This document shows positions 43,741 to 58,093 of a stretch of DNA of 64,000 bases, piece after piece. Positions within the stretch are counted from its first letter, which is position 1. Every line of letters begins with the position of its first letter. The stretch comes from Octopus vulgaris (Eukaryota): positions 54,808,001 to 54,872,000 of the forward strand of contig OX597829.1 in NCBI GenBank assembly GCA_951406725.2, in the 5' to 3' direction. The position numbers and the translations under genes were made by a program. The notes beneath the pieces were generated by a model, which did not search any database, was not told where the DNA came from, and saw nothing but the letters and a program-made list of their open reading frames with translations.

Positions 43741-44080
43741 TATACAATCTATATTCTTAATTAACATACAAATACATTAACATTATGTTGATTTCAAATT
43801 TTGGCACAAGGCCAGCAATTTCAAGAGAGGGAACTAGTTGATTATATCAACCCCGGTTACTGGTACTTATTTTATTAATCCAAAAAAGATGAAAGGTAAA
43901 ATCAATCTCAGCAGAATTTGAATTCCATAAAGACAGATGAAAGACCTCTGAGCATTTTATCTAGCATACTAACAATTCTACCAGCTAGCCTTCTTGCACT
44001 AACATTATATTACGAATGTATAACCTCCTTGTTAACCCTCTTAATTAATATCAACAATATATTACCCTAGCTTAGCCTAA

Positions 44081-44381
44081 TACAGTTCTATGTTTAAGAG
44101 ATGAGGAATTATTTACATTATTTACATTTGACAGATATTTGTCCTCATCTTGTTTATTGCTAACACAACATTTTGGTTGATATAGCCTCCAGCCTTCATC
44201 AGTAACCCGAATAATAATAATAATATCAACAACAACAACAACAACGAAGAATACGTTAGGAATGAGAACCCAGGTTTAAAGTTTGCACATGACACCTGAC
44301 AAAGGCTGGAGGGTATATCAGCAGAAATGTTGTGTGAACAACAAACAAGATGAGGACAAATATCCGTCAAATGTAAATAAT
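44081..44381. mobile_element. Short fold-back Penelope-like element with decayed hammerheads
   Basis: 44120-44202 is an inverted match to 44297-44378. The arm consensus is CTGATGAAGGCTG...CAGCCGAAAC, with CpG-decay-type changes. Confidence 0.6.
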
Positions 44382-45061
44382 CTAGCTTAGCTTGTTATGA
44401 AAATTTCCAGTGCAGTTGCACATTGAAGAAGTTGAGGATCTGAAATGTGTATATAATAAAGAATAACATGTGACATTCATTTCATTAAATTTTGATATTG
44501 TGTCACATGTTTAACTGACAAAAGATTTCTCATGACCAATGCTTTGAAGTGGAGTGGCTTTAAGAAAAGATATAAAACAGTTCTATTAAGACGCAGCTTG
44601 CTTTCTTAATTTTAAGAAATAGTTCAAAGAAATATGTGTTTGAAGTCTTAAACATGTGAATAGTTGTGCTACACCTGTTTTTTCCCCACACTTATTATTT
44701 CACACGTTTTAAATAACAACCTTATGGAAAAAATCAGTTTAAATAGTTGTTTGATCTACCAGAAACATCAGCCAAATGTTCAAACCACATCCTACTGTCA
44801 TAAAAAATTAAAGACACTTTTACTAATATATTCTGTGAAAATATGTTGGAATGATCATAGCCAGGCTGTGATTTGATCCCGTTGTCCCTAATCAGCACTG
44901 ACCTAGGGTTAAACTGTCCTTTGATCTTTGAAAATTCATTCCAGATTTTATTTTCCATGGGTCTTTGAATAAAGTAAATATTTTGAAAGATTAAGTTATT
45001 TTATATTAATTAAAAATATTATTTTTGTTTATTATATGTTTTTTTTTTTTCTATTTGTTAG

Positions 45062-45274
45062 GTTTCAAGGGGATTTGGGGCAGTGGGCTTTCAATTTCTG
45101 CTCAGCTTGGAGTCCGTGACAGCAACGAGGCATCATGGACCCAAGTCCTTGATGTTGTAGAATATATGTCAGATGCTACCGATATCCCAATTTTATTAGA
45201 TGCAGACACAGGCTATGGTAATTTCAATAATGCCCGACGACTTGTCAAAAAATTGGAAGAGCGAGGCATAGCAG
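45062..45274 (+). CDS. pepM: PEP mutase exon [26 protein letters not shown]...[27 protein letters not shown](G)
   Basis: TAG acceptor after poly-T, G|GTAAAT donor, 213 nt (phase 1 to 1). Contains the WGSGL, RDSNE and DADTGYG Mg/substrate-binding motifs. Confidence 0.97.
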
Positions 45275-46149
45275 GTAAATAATCAACAAAATACCTTTTT
45301 CTAATGACTTCTTATCATTGACAATTGCTGTAGTAAGATTAGTAAGTTCTTGGAGAATTAAACTTGGGATGTAGTTTTGTTCATATTTGAAACTAATTTA
45401 TGTTGATAACGACTTGTAAAAGACTTTGAACTATAACTTTTCCCATTCCATTGTTAATCTTTTATGATGCATACTTCTGTTGGTGCCACTAATTTTATGT
45501 TTGCTTTATCACCAAATGTGTGTCATTTATTTTCATTCATTTATTTTATTTCAAGAATTTTCAAAGAACCTGACATGTAATTCTTATTTTCACATAAATT
45601 GTCTTCTAAAATAAGCAATAGCTAAGATAGTGAAGATTTAGACCCACATCAACTGCAACTAGTCCAGCTCCAGATGTAATGAGCAGGATCAAAGGGTAGC
45701 GCCTGTTGTTTGTCCAGTGTAAGGAATCTTTATCATCCATTTCAGTTTGTGTCTTGGATGTTCATCCCAATTTAACTGCAATAAAAAATAACCAAATAAA
45801 AAAGATATACCAAAGGAACTCCTCAATACAAACGCTCAGTTTTCTTATGGAAGAAAAATGGAAAAGATTTTGGACACCAAAGTGTGATAATGAACCGTAT
45901 TTAGTGATACTAACTGCCATGGTTTGGGGATTTAATCTCATTACATACCATCTTAAGCAAATGTTTTTGGTCCTTTTGACTTCGCAGAGTCTTGTGAATG
46001 AAATTTAGTAGATGTAAACTGTGTAAACACATTTTAGAGAGGCAGTTCCTGTTCTTGGGTTGTAGATGTAATCCAACGTCCAGTTTAATGCCAGCATCTG
46101 GCCATTGGATACTTGTGAAATTCATTTTGTTGTAAACATTCTTCAAATC

Positions 46150-46814
46150 AGTCTTCTCACAGATTATAGCCTCCATCACGGTATCTCCTATGAGCTGTTT
46201 CTCCGTCAACCAAACCATCAATAGCTTTTCCATATTTTCATGGATAGATGTCTACTGTTTAGAAATTGTTTTAACACCCTTGACTGGCGTTACAGCCTTT
46301 ATCAATTCCTCCTGCTTCAGTATGGTGCAAATCATGGAAGTGCTACACTCATACTGCTTCGTTGTGTCAACTACACACACACACCGTGCTCAGGTTTTTT
46401 GATAATTTCTTTCTTTAATTCAAAGCTCGTCATCCACTTCTTCGTACCCACTGTCCTTCGCACTCACTTTCTACAGACCCATGGTTTCTAAAACAAAGTT
46501 TTGTAAAATAACTGCAAGCACAACACTGATGCTTCTGTGGCCTGCAATGACTAATTAAGCATTTTAGCACCTGTTTAGCTAACGATCTTCACATTTGCTA
46601 ACATGCATGTCTATCGAGCTATAAGACACAGGATGCTGGGCAGATGTCATGGTGTTCACTGTGGTGTTCGCTATGCCAACAAATGGTGGAGTATCTGAAG
46701 CTGGCTTGTAACCCAAATTTTAGTTTGCAACTCAAAGCAAAAACATTGGCCAAGAGACAGCACATATCTCAAAAAACTCGTTAGTTGGGACACTGGTAAG
46801 TCAAGGTACCACTG
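46150..46814 (-). mobile_element. Tigger/pogo relic, 5' part
   Basis: Terminal CAGTGGTACCTTGACTTAC and MEKLLMVWLTEKQLIGDTVMEAIICEK (CENP-B-type HTH). Confidence 0.8.
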
Positions 46815-47387
46815 TGTATTTATATATATATATATAAGTGCAAGCAAGGCTGTGTGGTAAGAAGTTTGTTCCCTAACCACATGGTTCTGTGTCCGGCCTC
46901 TGGCTGACCGAAGCCTTGAGAGTGAATCTGATAGATGGAAACTGAAAGAAGCCCATCATATGTGGGGGGGGGGTCTTTATGGTTGTATTTGTCCCCCATT
47001 ATCACTTGACAACCAATATTGGTTTGTTTATTTCCCTTTAACTCCGTTGTTTGGCAAACAGATGCTGGAATAAGTAGCAGACTTAACTAAGAAAAGTAAG
47101 AAATTAGGGTCAATTTCTTCATCTAATCCCTTCAGGGATGTGCTCCCGCATGGCCACTGTGCAATGACTAAATCAAGTAAAGGATAAAAGATGTTATACT
47201 TATATAAGAAACACTGGACCACTAATTCCCTTCAATCTAACTCACAGTTTATTGAAGGAGTAGTTATTTTTCTTCATAATCTTAAGTTAGTTTCAGTTAG
47301 ATTTTTCTTCACACATTTTGCCACATATTTCTTTGTAAAGATAATTGTTTCCACCTACATATTGTTTTTCTTTGTTTGCCTTTACAG

Positions 47388-47488
47388 GTGCTTGTATTGA
47401 AGACAAATTATTCCCTAAAACAAATTCTTTATTAGATGGAAGAGTTCAACCATTGGCAGATATTGAAGAATTTTCTCTTAAGATCAAG
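47388..47488 (+). CDS. pepM: PEP mutase exon [34 protein letters not shown]
   Basis: CAG acceptor, AAG|GTATT donor, 101 nt (phase 1 to 0). Carries the PEP-mutase-specific EDKxxxxxNS motif. Confidence 0.97.
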
Positions 47489-47874
47489 GTATTATTAAGC
47501 ATTATGAATAACTTTTATATCTGGTTCTAACTGAAATATTTGGTTTGTGTTAGAATAGTTGTGATGTTTCGGAGTCATTGTGTGTCTCTTTGAACTGATA
47601 AAGAGAACATAGAATTCAAAAATCTATAAAATAGCTTTATGTAGGAACATTTTGCATTGGAAAACACTGTGCAAAAGATATTCGGGTGTGGCTATGTGGT
47701 AACAGGTTTGCTTCCCAACCACATGGTTCTAGGTTCAGTCTCAAAGCATGGGATTGATCATAAGCAAGTATCTTCAATAATAGCCCCAGGCTCACTGAAG
47801 TGGATTTCATAGACAAAACCGGAAACTAAAGGAATTCTGTCATATATACATATACATATATATATATATATATG

Positions 47875-48420
47875 TTGACAGAATGAGATAAAAAAAAACC
47901 AAGGCACTAAATAGATTTCATAACATTTATCAAGAAAGGTCTTACAGCTGTTTCTGGGATATTTTATATATCCCTTCATCAGAAACGGTGTGAGAAAATG
48001 TTTGAGTATTAATTATTGTAGAGAAGATATGAAATACAGAAGAAAGTAAGAGAGTTAATATAGAAGTGAGATACATAAGGATATTGTATTTGTAGTTCCA
48101 TTATTCAAGTAGAATGGTGTATATAAGTAGTGAAGAAATTTTTTTTTGGTGAAGAAATTTTCTTGTACCTGGTGTATGCGTTTCGATGGTTATATTTGGT
48201 CATTCCAACCATAGAGCTCTGTAAACAGTGTTGGTTGATCGAGCGGTTTTTTTTGGTGTGAATTAAAATGTGTTGGTCGTGTTAATGGATCGATAGGAGG
48301 AGGAGAGATGTGTATCATTAGAAAGAGGAGATGGGTCAAATCAAAAACAGGAAGAGAGAATGGGAGGAAAAAGAGAAGTAGAAGAAGGGAGGAAGACAAA
48401 AAAAGAAATTAATAAAATTG
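47875..48420 (-). mobile_element. Penelope-like 3' end inserted in the (TA)n of a family B SINE
   Basis: Minus-strand relic THFNSH...R..QENF....T..P..LN resembles a GIY-YIG C-terminus and is followed by a hammerhead. Confidence 0.6.
47939..47986 (-). ncRNA. Type I minimal hammerhead ribozyme
   Basis: Minus strand reads GTTT-CTGATGA-A-GGGATAT-ATAAA-ATATCCC-A-GAAAC-AGCT-GTA-AGAC, with a 7-bp stem II and palindromic ACAGCTGT stem III. Confidence 0.8.
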
Positions 48421-49226
48421 ATGTTGTACTTGCATGTCCCCTGCATCCCTCTTCAGCTGAGTGACCCTAATCTTCCTGACTCGTGGGTGCTGGTGCCATG
48501 TAAAAAGCACCTGTACCAGTGTTATGTAAACACATCCATGCTGGTGCTGTGTAAAAGCACCCAGTACCCTCTGTAAAGTGTTTGGCATTAGGAAGGGCAG
48601 CATCCAGCTGTAGAGACTATGCCAAAATAAACATGGAGCTTAGGCAGCTCTTCATCTGACCAGCACCTATCAAACTATCCAACCCATGCCGGCATGAAAA
48701 ATGGACATTAAATAAGCATGATGATGATGATGATGCGTGTGTGTGTGTTTGTCCCCCCATCACCACTTGACAACTGGTGTTGGTTTGTTTATGTCTTGAT
48801 AACTTAGAAGTAGCGAACTTAAAAAAATAAGTGCCAGGGTTGAGCCATTTGATTTAACCCTTCAAGGTAGTGCTCCAGAATGGCTGCAATCCAATGAATA
48901 AAACAAGTAAAAAATAAAAGCTAATAAGCAGCCATAGCCTCTAACTACTACTACTACTACTACTACTACTGATGATGATGATAATGATAATCCTTTCTAC
49001 AATAGGCACAAGGCCTGAAATTTGGTGGGATGGGACTAGTTGATCACATCGACCCAAATGCTTGACTGGTACTTAATTTATCGACCCCAAAAGGATGAAA
49101 GCAAAGTCAATCTCAATAGTATTTGAACTCGGACCATAAAGATGGATGAAATGCCACAAAGCATTTCACCTGGCATGCTGACAATTCTGCTAGCTTGCTG
49201 CCTTAATAATAATAATAATAATAATA

Positions 49227-49870
49227 ACTAGAAAATCACTTGGAGAGCGCAAACCTCCGCCAACCAACTCATTCCACCCATATACATGCATGCTGAAAAT
49301 TGCCCAATTTCCGAAATCAGTGACGGCAAAAACATAACCTCCTTGGTGGGGTTAAAAAAAAAAAAACCCTTTAAAAACAGGAATCATCTGAAGCAGTTAT
49401 AATACATCAATGACCGTCCAACCCATGCTAGCATGGAAAACGGACGTTAAACGATGATGATGATGATGATGATGAATGACAACAGCAAGCTCTGCAGACC
49501 TCTGCCAACCAGTTCATTTTAAGACAGATACGCGAGTAAAATTACTAATAGAGAAATGAAAATAAACTTTGGAAACAGCAATGCCACCATAGGTTTCGTG
49601 GAAACGATGAAAGTGTTTTCAAGGAAGATAATCAAAGAATGTAACATTGCAATACTTCATGTAAAGTAAATATAACAAATGAAAAATCCTTCAAGAATCC
49701 ATTAAAGTTTCCAAATCACTACCAAAATTTCATCATCTGTTCCTTGTGTTATTACCAACTTTTCCTGCAAGTTTCATCAAATACTGTTAACAACTTTTTG
49801 AGTTATTTTGCACACAGACGGACAAATCAATGCTGATGAAAACATAACCTCCTTCCTTGGTGGAGGTAAT
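49227..49870 (-). mobile_element. Helentron/DINE-1-like (HINE) non-autonomous element
   Basis: The minus strand starts ATTACCTCCACCAAGGAAGGAGGTTATGTTTTC and ends TTGGCGGAGGTTTGCGCTCTC...CTAGT (subterminal IR plus 3' hairpin). A partial second copy lies at 49880-50070. Confidence 0.65.
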
Positions 49871-50413
49871 AATAATAACAACAAGAGCACTCAGAGAGCG
49901 CACACCTCTACCAAGGCAACACCAACGTCCCCTCAATGATTAGCCAGAGATTATTTTAAAATCAGAATATCTGAAATAAACTCAATTGCTCTCACAAATG
50001 AACCCGACTGCCCTCAAAAATTAAGTAAAAGAAAAACAGGAAAAATAATCCAGATTCCTTGTCCGGTACTGGATTGCCTGTGCATTTTATTTCTTTATTA
50101 AATGCAGGCTTCTATCAACTAATTTAATTGTAATTACTTGTAGTATTTAATATTCTAATGCTGCAAGTTGGCAGAATTATTACTGTACCAGTTTTATTTC
50201 ATCAGTCTTTTTGTTCTGAGTTCAAATTCTGCCATGGTCAACATTGCTTTTTATCCTTCTGGGGTCAATAAAATAAGTACCAGTTGAGTACTGGGGATTG
50301 ATGTAGCTGACTTACCCACCACCCCTTGAAATTTCTGGCCTTGTGTCAAAATTTGAAACCACGACTTGATATTTTTTTTACATTTTTTCTTTTTTTTTTG
50401 TCTTTTACCAAAG

Positions 50414-50531
50414 GCTTGCAAAGACAGTCAGAGAGATCCCGACTTTTGCATTGTGGCACGAGTTGAAGCATTCATTGCAGGATATGGACTTGAAGAAGCA
50501 TTGAAGAGAGCTGATGCTTATGCTAAAGCAG
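50414..50531 (+). CDS. pepM: PEP mutase exon [39 protein letters not shown](G)
   Basis: Long poly-T with AAG acceptor, G|GTGTGT donor, 118 nt (phase 0 to 1). Contains the catalytic Arg in VARVE. Confidence 0.96.
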
Positions 50532-50978
50532 GTGTGTGTTGTCTTCACTGTTCTTTTACAAATTTCCCAGAGCTTACATTGAATATGAGGAAAGTTTGAA
50601 GATATCAAATTCTCACAAAGTTTAAACATCATGTCACTATCATTGATATTTCCTAAAACATATTCTGTTGATCTCAGTTCCGTTAAAAAATATTTTATTC
50701 CAGTTAACTTACTGCAGATTACAAATCATGTAGAACAGATATTTCAGTACTGTAACAGGTAGCTTTGTATGTATGTATTGGGCATGAGTATATATGCATA
50801 CATACACACACACAAACACACATATGCACACATCATAAATAAATATATATATTTTTTTAATATATATATGTATATATATATATAGAGAGAGAGAGAGAAA
50901 GACAGATATAGATACATACATATAGATAGATATACATATATACAGACGCACACACACACATATATATGTATATATATC

Positions 50979-51012
<34 letters not shown>

Positions 51013-51021
51013 CATATATAC

Positions 51022-51080
<59 letters not shown>

Positions 51081-51745
51081 CAAGTAAAAGTAGTAAACCT
51101 CATTAAAGGATCATAAATCCAATGAAAATAGTTAGTTACCAATCTATAGATCAACTATAAGGTAACCATATAAACCTGGGTCATATGTATATATTTAAAG
51201 AAAATGGAGAGGTAATTAACAAAATTATTTATTAATTATAAAATATGACATCTCTGACAGCTGTTTCAATTCAGAAATATTTAGATAATTCATTTATAAA
51301 ATTAAAATCATTATGAGTCTCTTTAGATATACCGATTAGAAATACATGTTGAGATAATTGCTATGAAACCATTAACTGATAGCAAATATACAAAAAGAGC
51401 TGATAAGAGATAATGATGATGTATTTATGTAGAATCAGCTCAATAAGCTATATTAAGTTGGTTCCTTCAGTAACTGTCTCTTTTTGTATATCTGCTATCA
51501 ATGGTTTCATAGCCATTATCTCAACATGTATTTCTAATTGGTATATCTTTACTACCTCTGAAGAGATTCATCTTATAATGATTTTAATTTTATAGATTTA
51601 TTATCTAAAGATTTCTGAATTGAAAACGCTGTCAGAGATGTTGTCATATTTTATAATTAATAAATAATTTTATTAATTACTTCTCCATTTTCTTTAAATG
51701 GTTCAATTTCGATTCCAATTTCACTTGCCCCAACAGGTCTTCACA
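51081..51745. mobile_element. Fold-back Penelope-like element between (TA)n tracts
   Basis: 51193-51399 is an inverted match to 51478-51699. A hammerhead-like CTGAAGA-GATTCA...TGAATT-GAAA..GCT-GTC lies at 51558-51633. A related copy is at 54960-55255. Confidence 0.6.
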
Positions 51746-51748
51746 AGC

Positions 51749-51795
<47 letters not shown>

Positions 51796-52904
51796 CAGCA
51801 TCTGCTCATCTCTCACTCTTTGGTCTGCTTCAATGATTCCCAGCCCAAACTCCTCTTTTTTCAGTAACTCTCTTCACTATTTATTTCCTGTTTTGTTCTC
51901 CTCACATCTTCTGCCCATACTAGCCCTATAATCCAGGATAGCACTAGGATACCCAATCCATTTCGTCACTCTTACCACCCTTTACTTCCCTTTCTCACAA
52001 ACCTCTGGTAACAATCCTCTCCTCCTTTCTCTTATTCCTATGTACTCTCTTCCAGAATAGTATTTATTCTGTTACTCTTTCCACTATCATCCATTCATTT
52101 TATCATGCTTTATCCTCTCTCATCATCTTGCTTAGAATCTTCACACTCTCTCTCTATCCTATTCTTCTTTCTGCTGTGGGGGCTTCTTTAGGGTCTTGCA
52201 AGTTGCAAGGCCACCTCACTTGTGCTGGTGCCAGAAAGAAACACTTAGTACACTCTGTACAGGGGTTAGTGTTAGGAAGGACATATGACCTTAGAAGCCA
52301 TGGAAAAACAGGTGTTGGAGACCAACATGGTCCTACACCACATCGGATCCTTGTCAAAAGTGTCCAATCCATAACAGCATGGAAGGCACATGTAAATTGA
52401 TGATAACAGTATATGCATGCATGCATGTATGTATGCATGCATGTATGTATATATGTATGTCTTTTTATTTATTAGCATTGCTCCTAGAATGAGGAACATA
52501 CTTTCTACAAAGAAACAAAATCCCCATCATTGGAGTTTGGATAATAATAATGATAATTGTTACCTATTAAATGTTTAGAAGGTTTTGCATATTTTTACTG
52601 TTCCACTTATAGATTGCATCTGTAAAAATCATCTTCACTGGTTTCTGTCTTTGCTTGAAAATCCTAGCTTCTCCAGATTATGGCTTAAACATTTACTATT
52701 GGTATGAATGTTAATTTAAAATCAGGGAGATTATTTCAGGTTTGAATTAATTGTTCATAGTTATTCTTCTTCTGCTGATTTTGGAAGAAATGTTCACACC
52801 TGCAGAGCAATTAACCTCCATAACTGCACATGATTTTTCTTTTCTCTCCCTAATAACTGTGCAGTGTTCTTTCTTGCATACTACACCTGATTCCTCTCAT
52901 GCCC

Positions 52905-52938
<34 letters not shown>

Positions 52939-53061
52939 CTGCCAACTCTGAAAAGCTCAGAGTTACATAAGCAAGCTGTTACCTAACATCTGGTTGAACC
53001 CCTAGTGTGAAACCAATTGGTAAGAGTACCCGTAATGGTTATATAGTACTATATACTTCGA

Positions 53062-53102
<41 letters not shown>

Positions 53103-53104
<2 letters not shown>

Positions 53105-54085
53105 ACTTAGATACATTTCGACCAAAGATTGGTCCAGGCCATGTCTAACTTAATAGCACCACCTGATAGAATTATCTAAATCCTTTTAAGTCAAGTTTTG
53201 TGGTATTATGATCCATTTGAGTAGTGAGTTCTTGTTGGGTGAGTTGTATCCAGGTATGGGTGGCTTATCTGGTGTTCCTTGAAGAAATTGGTCCAGATTC
53301 CATTCAATTTTGATCTGTTTTGAGAAAATATTAAATAGGGCAGGGCCTGTTGAGGAAAAGAAATTGTGCTGCAGTGTATTTGTGTTGTGATCCTGAATTG
53401 GGTAGGGGACATATGGCCTATGGTCCTAGCCTTGGATGAATTTTGAAGCTAATGTTGAGGTCATTTGGGCAATGCTGATGGTATGTTCTCCACATCGTGC
53501 AAATAATATATTGCTCATGGTGGCACTGGAGAGAATAGAGTTTCAATGCTTTAAGGCGGTCCCAATAATCTACATCAGTCATGACTTTAATTCTTTTAGT
53601 GCATGTCCTCTGGGGTGACTCAATTTTTGAAATGCTTTGTTTTGTATGGGGAGACCAAACAGGGCAGCAGTATTCAAGTGTGACTGTTCAAAGGAGGAGA
53701 AAAGTGGAATGATGACACCTTGTTCTCTGGACCAGCAGGTTCTTAGGATCCAGGAGCTCATCCTACGAGCTAAATCGGCCTTATTGTTGATGTGGGCACT
53801 CCAACTGAGAATGCTGTCAACAATTACTCCTTGGTCTCTGATATAATTAGATGAGAGCATGGCTGTTTTAGCATAGTCTTTTTTTCAAAATGCATCAGCT
53901 CAAATTTTCCTTCATTTAGTTGCATTTTGTTTTTCTCTGCCATTGACTTACAGCATGGAGATCAGACTGGAGTTGAGTTTGGTCTTCTTCATTGATAATT
54001 TTCTGGAGCTTATGTTCACTTTGCAATGTTTTATGATGCTGGAAAGGTCATTTATCTGGATTATAAAGAGGAGCGAGCCCAAGAC
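53103..54085 (-). mobile_element. Older copy of the 21.9-23.4 kb LINE family, with its 3' end abutting (TA)n
   Basis: Shares the 3' UTR CAGGTGGTGCTATTAAGTTAGACATGGCCTGG and IRDQGVIVDSILSWSAHINNKADLARRMSSWILRT. Cut at 54085 by a family D repeat. Confidence 0.9.
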
Positions 54086-54719
54086 ATCATCATCATCATC
54101 ATCATCAGTTAATGTCCATTGTCCATGCTGGCATGGGTTGGACAGTGTGACCAGGTGTGTCAAGCTGGGGAGCTGCACCAGACTCCAGTCTGCATTGGCA
54201 TAGTTTCTATTGCTGGATGACCCTCTTAACACCAACCATTTTACAGAATGGGATCCACATTGCCTCTGTTCGGCCCAACACTCAACAGGTGCTTTGTACA
54301 TACCACCGGCATGGGTACCTGGTACACGACACTAGCATCGGCCGCATTGCCTCCATGAGGCCCAATGCTTGAAAGGTGTTTTTTATGTGTCACTTACATG
54401 ACTCTGGCACCAACCAAAACTATGATTTCACTTGGTTTGATGGGTCTTCTCAAGCACAGCACATTGCCAAAAGTCTTGGTCACTAGTCATTGCCTCCATG
54501 AAGCCCAATGCTGCATAAAAACCTTCCAGTACACTCTGTACAGTGGTTGGTATTAGAGAAGTTATCCAGCTGCAGAAAACTTTCCAAGGCAAACATTCAG
54601 AGCCTGCTAAAGCTGCTTTTGCCAGCTCCTGTCAAACCGTCCAACCCATGTCAGCATGAAGAATGGACATTAAATGATGATGATGATGAAGAAGATGGCT
54701 GAGGATGTACACACGCACG

Positions 54720-54757
<38 letters not shown>

Positions 54758-54959
54758 CACACACACATGAAAGTTGTTTAGAGGGTACAATGACCTGATA
54801 GAGGATGGCTACATCCAAGGAAACACTGGTTCTGTACCTAGTATTTTTGGGAAATGAAATTTCTTTAAATCAATAGGTATATATTAAGCATATAATTCAT
54901 GTTCAGTTAATTGAAAGAACGAAAACGGAGAGTTAAAAGTTAATAATTATTTATTATTA

Positions 54960-55255
54960 AATATATATATATTTAAAGAATGAGAAAATGGAGAGGTAAT
55001 TAATAAAATTATTTATTAATTATAAAATACATCTCTAACAACTGTTTTGATTCAGAAATCTTTAGATAATTATAAAATTAAAATCATTATAAGATGAGTC
55101 TCTTCAGAGGTAGTAAGGATATACCAATTAGAAAAACATGTTAAGATAACGACTATAAAACCGTTAACGGTTGAACTTTCCATAGATTGGTAATTAACCA
55201 GTATTTTCATTAGATTTATGATCCCTTAATGAGGTTTATTACCTTTACTTATATA
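54960..55255. mobile_element. Second, rearranged copy of the 51-kb element
   Basis: 54970-55165 matches 51193-51385 directly. 55180-55250 is the reverse complement of 51082-51148. Confidence 0.75.
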
Positions 55256-58014
55256 TATGATCATGTAGTTACATACCCATACTTAGCCACATCCAATCGT
55301 AGATAAGGCAATAAAATTAATCCAAAATTTTGGCGTCAAACTGGTGTCGGGATAGGAGGGTAGCATTATATCCAAGAATGAAAGAAAAATGGATACATAA
55401 AATGTAGATATTATTGTATTTGATTTTTAGTTACAAAAAGTAAGAAGATTTTACTATTTATATGCAAATAGTAAATACGGTAAATTCATTTTTTTTTTAA
55501 ATAGGGATCAAATTGTTGGCCCTTATTGCTAAATCTTTTTACATTGTAACTAATATACTCTATATAAAGATCACTAATGTTTATAATTATGTGTACAAAG
55601 TGTATGTTAATTAAATTATTTTTTTTATTGTTGAAGCTGAAATCAATTTAGAAATGTTTATTTTCATGCCTACCCTATCACAGTTCAAATCTCATTGAAA
55701 TTATTTTTATATTTCTTTGCTTAGAGTGATAAAAAAAAACATTTAAGTATTCTACTAACGTTGATATCTTCTCTCATAATTTATTTTACCAAATTAATCA
55801 TATTGTTCAAGTTGGAATTTAATGTGTAATAAATAGGACACGGTGACATATTTTTAAATAGTTTTTAGTTGGATAATCTTTATTGAATCTATATGTAAAT
55901 ACAAGGAAACAAAGAAACAGGGAAAAAAAAATTATGGTGTGGGGGGATTGAGCAGCAGAAGGTGGAGGGGGGGTGATGGGTCACACACCCCAGAACAAAT
56001 GTACATCTGTTCTGGGGTGTGTATTTTGTATTGGCTGTATGTAAAGGTAAAATTTATATGTGAATATTCATTTTCATGGGACATAGTCAGGGAGACCCCT
56101 TTTCCAAAAGAAAGGACCAGATTAACCAACCTTTCTAAAATTATAATTTTCTAGAAATGTTATCAAGTATTTTAACCCTAATCAATACCCAATTGTAAGA
56201 CATTGTTTCTTTTCTAATATAATTTCATTCCCATCAACGATGCATTATCAGAATATAAATCACCTGATCACATGACCAATACTCAGAAAATAAGAAAGGT
56301 GAAAATTGATCTGAGCAGGGTTTGAATGTAGAAAGTAAAAATCCTTAGCTAAGCATCCTCATCAATATCACTTTATATCTATGTCTCCGTGGTCAAAAAC
56401 ATTTCTTATTTGAAGATTGGTGCTTTTGTGTGTCATTTGACTTGGCTTCTATGACTGCCCTTCCTATTGCCAACCATTTTACATAGCACCAACACTAGAG
56501 GAGTTGATAGATCCTCGGTGACACTGGGCCAAAGTAACTTCAGAACCTTACATTTTCTCTACTCGTTTGCCAACCACATTGCAATGTGTATGGGTCCTTT
56601 TTTTCCCTGCCTTTTTGTGGCAGTTTTACTTTTTCTCTGTAGAGATGGAGGTTCCATCATTGTACGAGCATGTGAGGTTGGGTGTCTTGTACTCAGTAAA
56701 TGGGGAATGTACAGAAAAGCACTCAGCAACCTAAGGCATGTGGAGCAAGTAGGAAAGTGTGAAAGCAAAAAAGTGTAGTTGAGAGGAGGGACAGAAGTAT
56801 GAGTGGAAAATGTACTCAATAACCTAGGAAGAGAGGGAGAGAGCAATGGCATTAGAAAAACCAGAATGGGTAGGAGGGTGGAAAGAGCAAGAGTATATAA
56901 TAGGGAAAATGGCAGAGATATTTTGTAAATGGAATCAAGAATAGATTTGCAATAGCAGAGGTGGATAACAGTAAGAGTGTTAGGTGGGAATAGAGGTGGT
57001 TCTGAAGAGAGAGAGAGATTACCAGGTGATAGTATATAAGAGTGTAATGGATAAGGGGATGATTGTTGTCCAATGTAGCCTTTTATATGTGGGCCTGGTG
57101 AAGGACGAGAGGTCAGAGTGATGAGCATATTGCAGTCAGCACAAATGGTAAAAAGATGAGAGATTGAAGGCTACAAGCTGAAAGAAGAGGGTGAGAAATG
57201 GATAGATGAAAGTGAAAATGTCAGAGATTAGGGTCAGAGAGAGACAAATATTATCTTCACAGATTTCTAAGCCTCTAAACACTTGTTTCAGAGTCTTCAG
57301 GTCTTCCGCAGCATCATATATCACTAATCAGTACTGGTCCTCTGCAGTATCTTCAGCTCAGTCTTCATCCCAACTCTTCTTTGGTCTCCATAGGTTCCAC
57401 TAACTTATGGTGTTCAACACGTCCTTACACAGCAGTCATTCTCTACACACATCACTTGCCCACATCAATGCAACCTCCTTCCTTGTGCACTTTACCTGAT
57501 TTCTCTTATACCCAGTCTCACCCCTCAGCTCATTTGTACTCCCTACTTACTTTATGCATTCATCAGAGTGTGCTTGCTTTGTTTCTTCATAGTCTTTGTA
57601 AATCTTCAATATTCAAGGCTGACATTTTGCGAGTACTATATACAATCTTCCCTTCACTCTGGGGAACAAGGAGGGCTAATATCTCCCTGATCTTTTCCCA
57701 ACCTTTTCTTACTTTTAAAAAAAGGTTACCTTCTCGAGTCATGCTGACTCATAGACAGGATGCCAGTCTATCACAGGATTACTCACTTTTGCCAGCTGGA
57801 GCAAATGAAATGTAGACTGGAGCAAATGAAATAAAGTGTTTTGCTCAAGAACACAATGTGTCACCCAGTCCAGGAGTTGAAACCTCAATCTTACAATCAA
57901 TCACGAGCCCAAAACCCTAACCACTAAGCTACTTCTTCTTACTTTGACCATTATACTTTCTATTTCTAAACTAGGCATTTTGTCCGATATTCTGCTGATT
58001 AATTGTTACTTCAT

Positions 58015-58093
58015 ATCCACCCTGCATATAATCACCCTGCACATAATCCACCCTGCACATAATCCACCCTGCACATAATCCACCCTGCACATA
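58015..58093 (+). repeat. 16-bp minisatellite ATCCACCCTGCACATA, about 5 units
   Basis: Direct inspection. Confidence 0.95.

Noticed and set aside
45062-47488. Isocitrate lyase or methylisocitrate lyase assignment
   Set aside because: The lyase KKCGH/KRCGH motif is absent and the mutase motif [10 protein letters not shown] is present.
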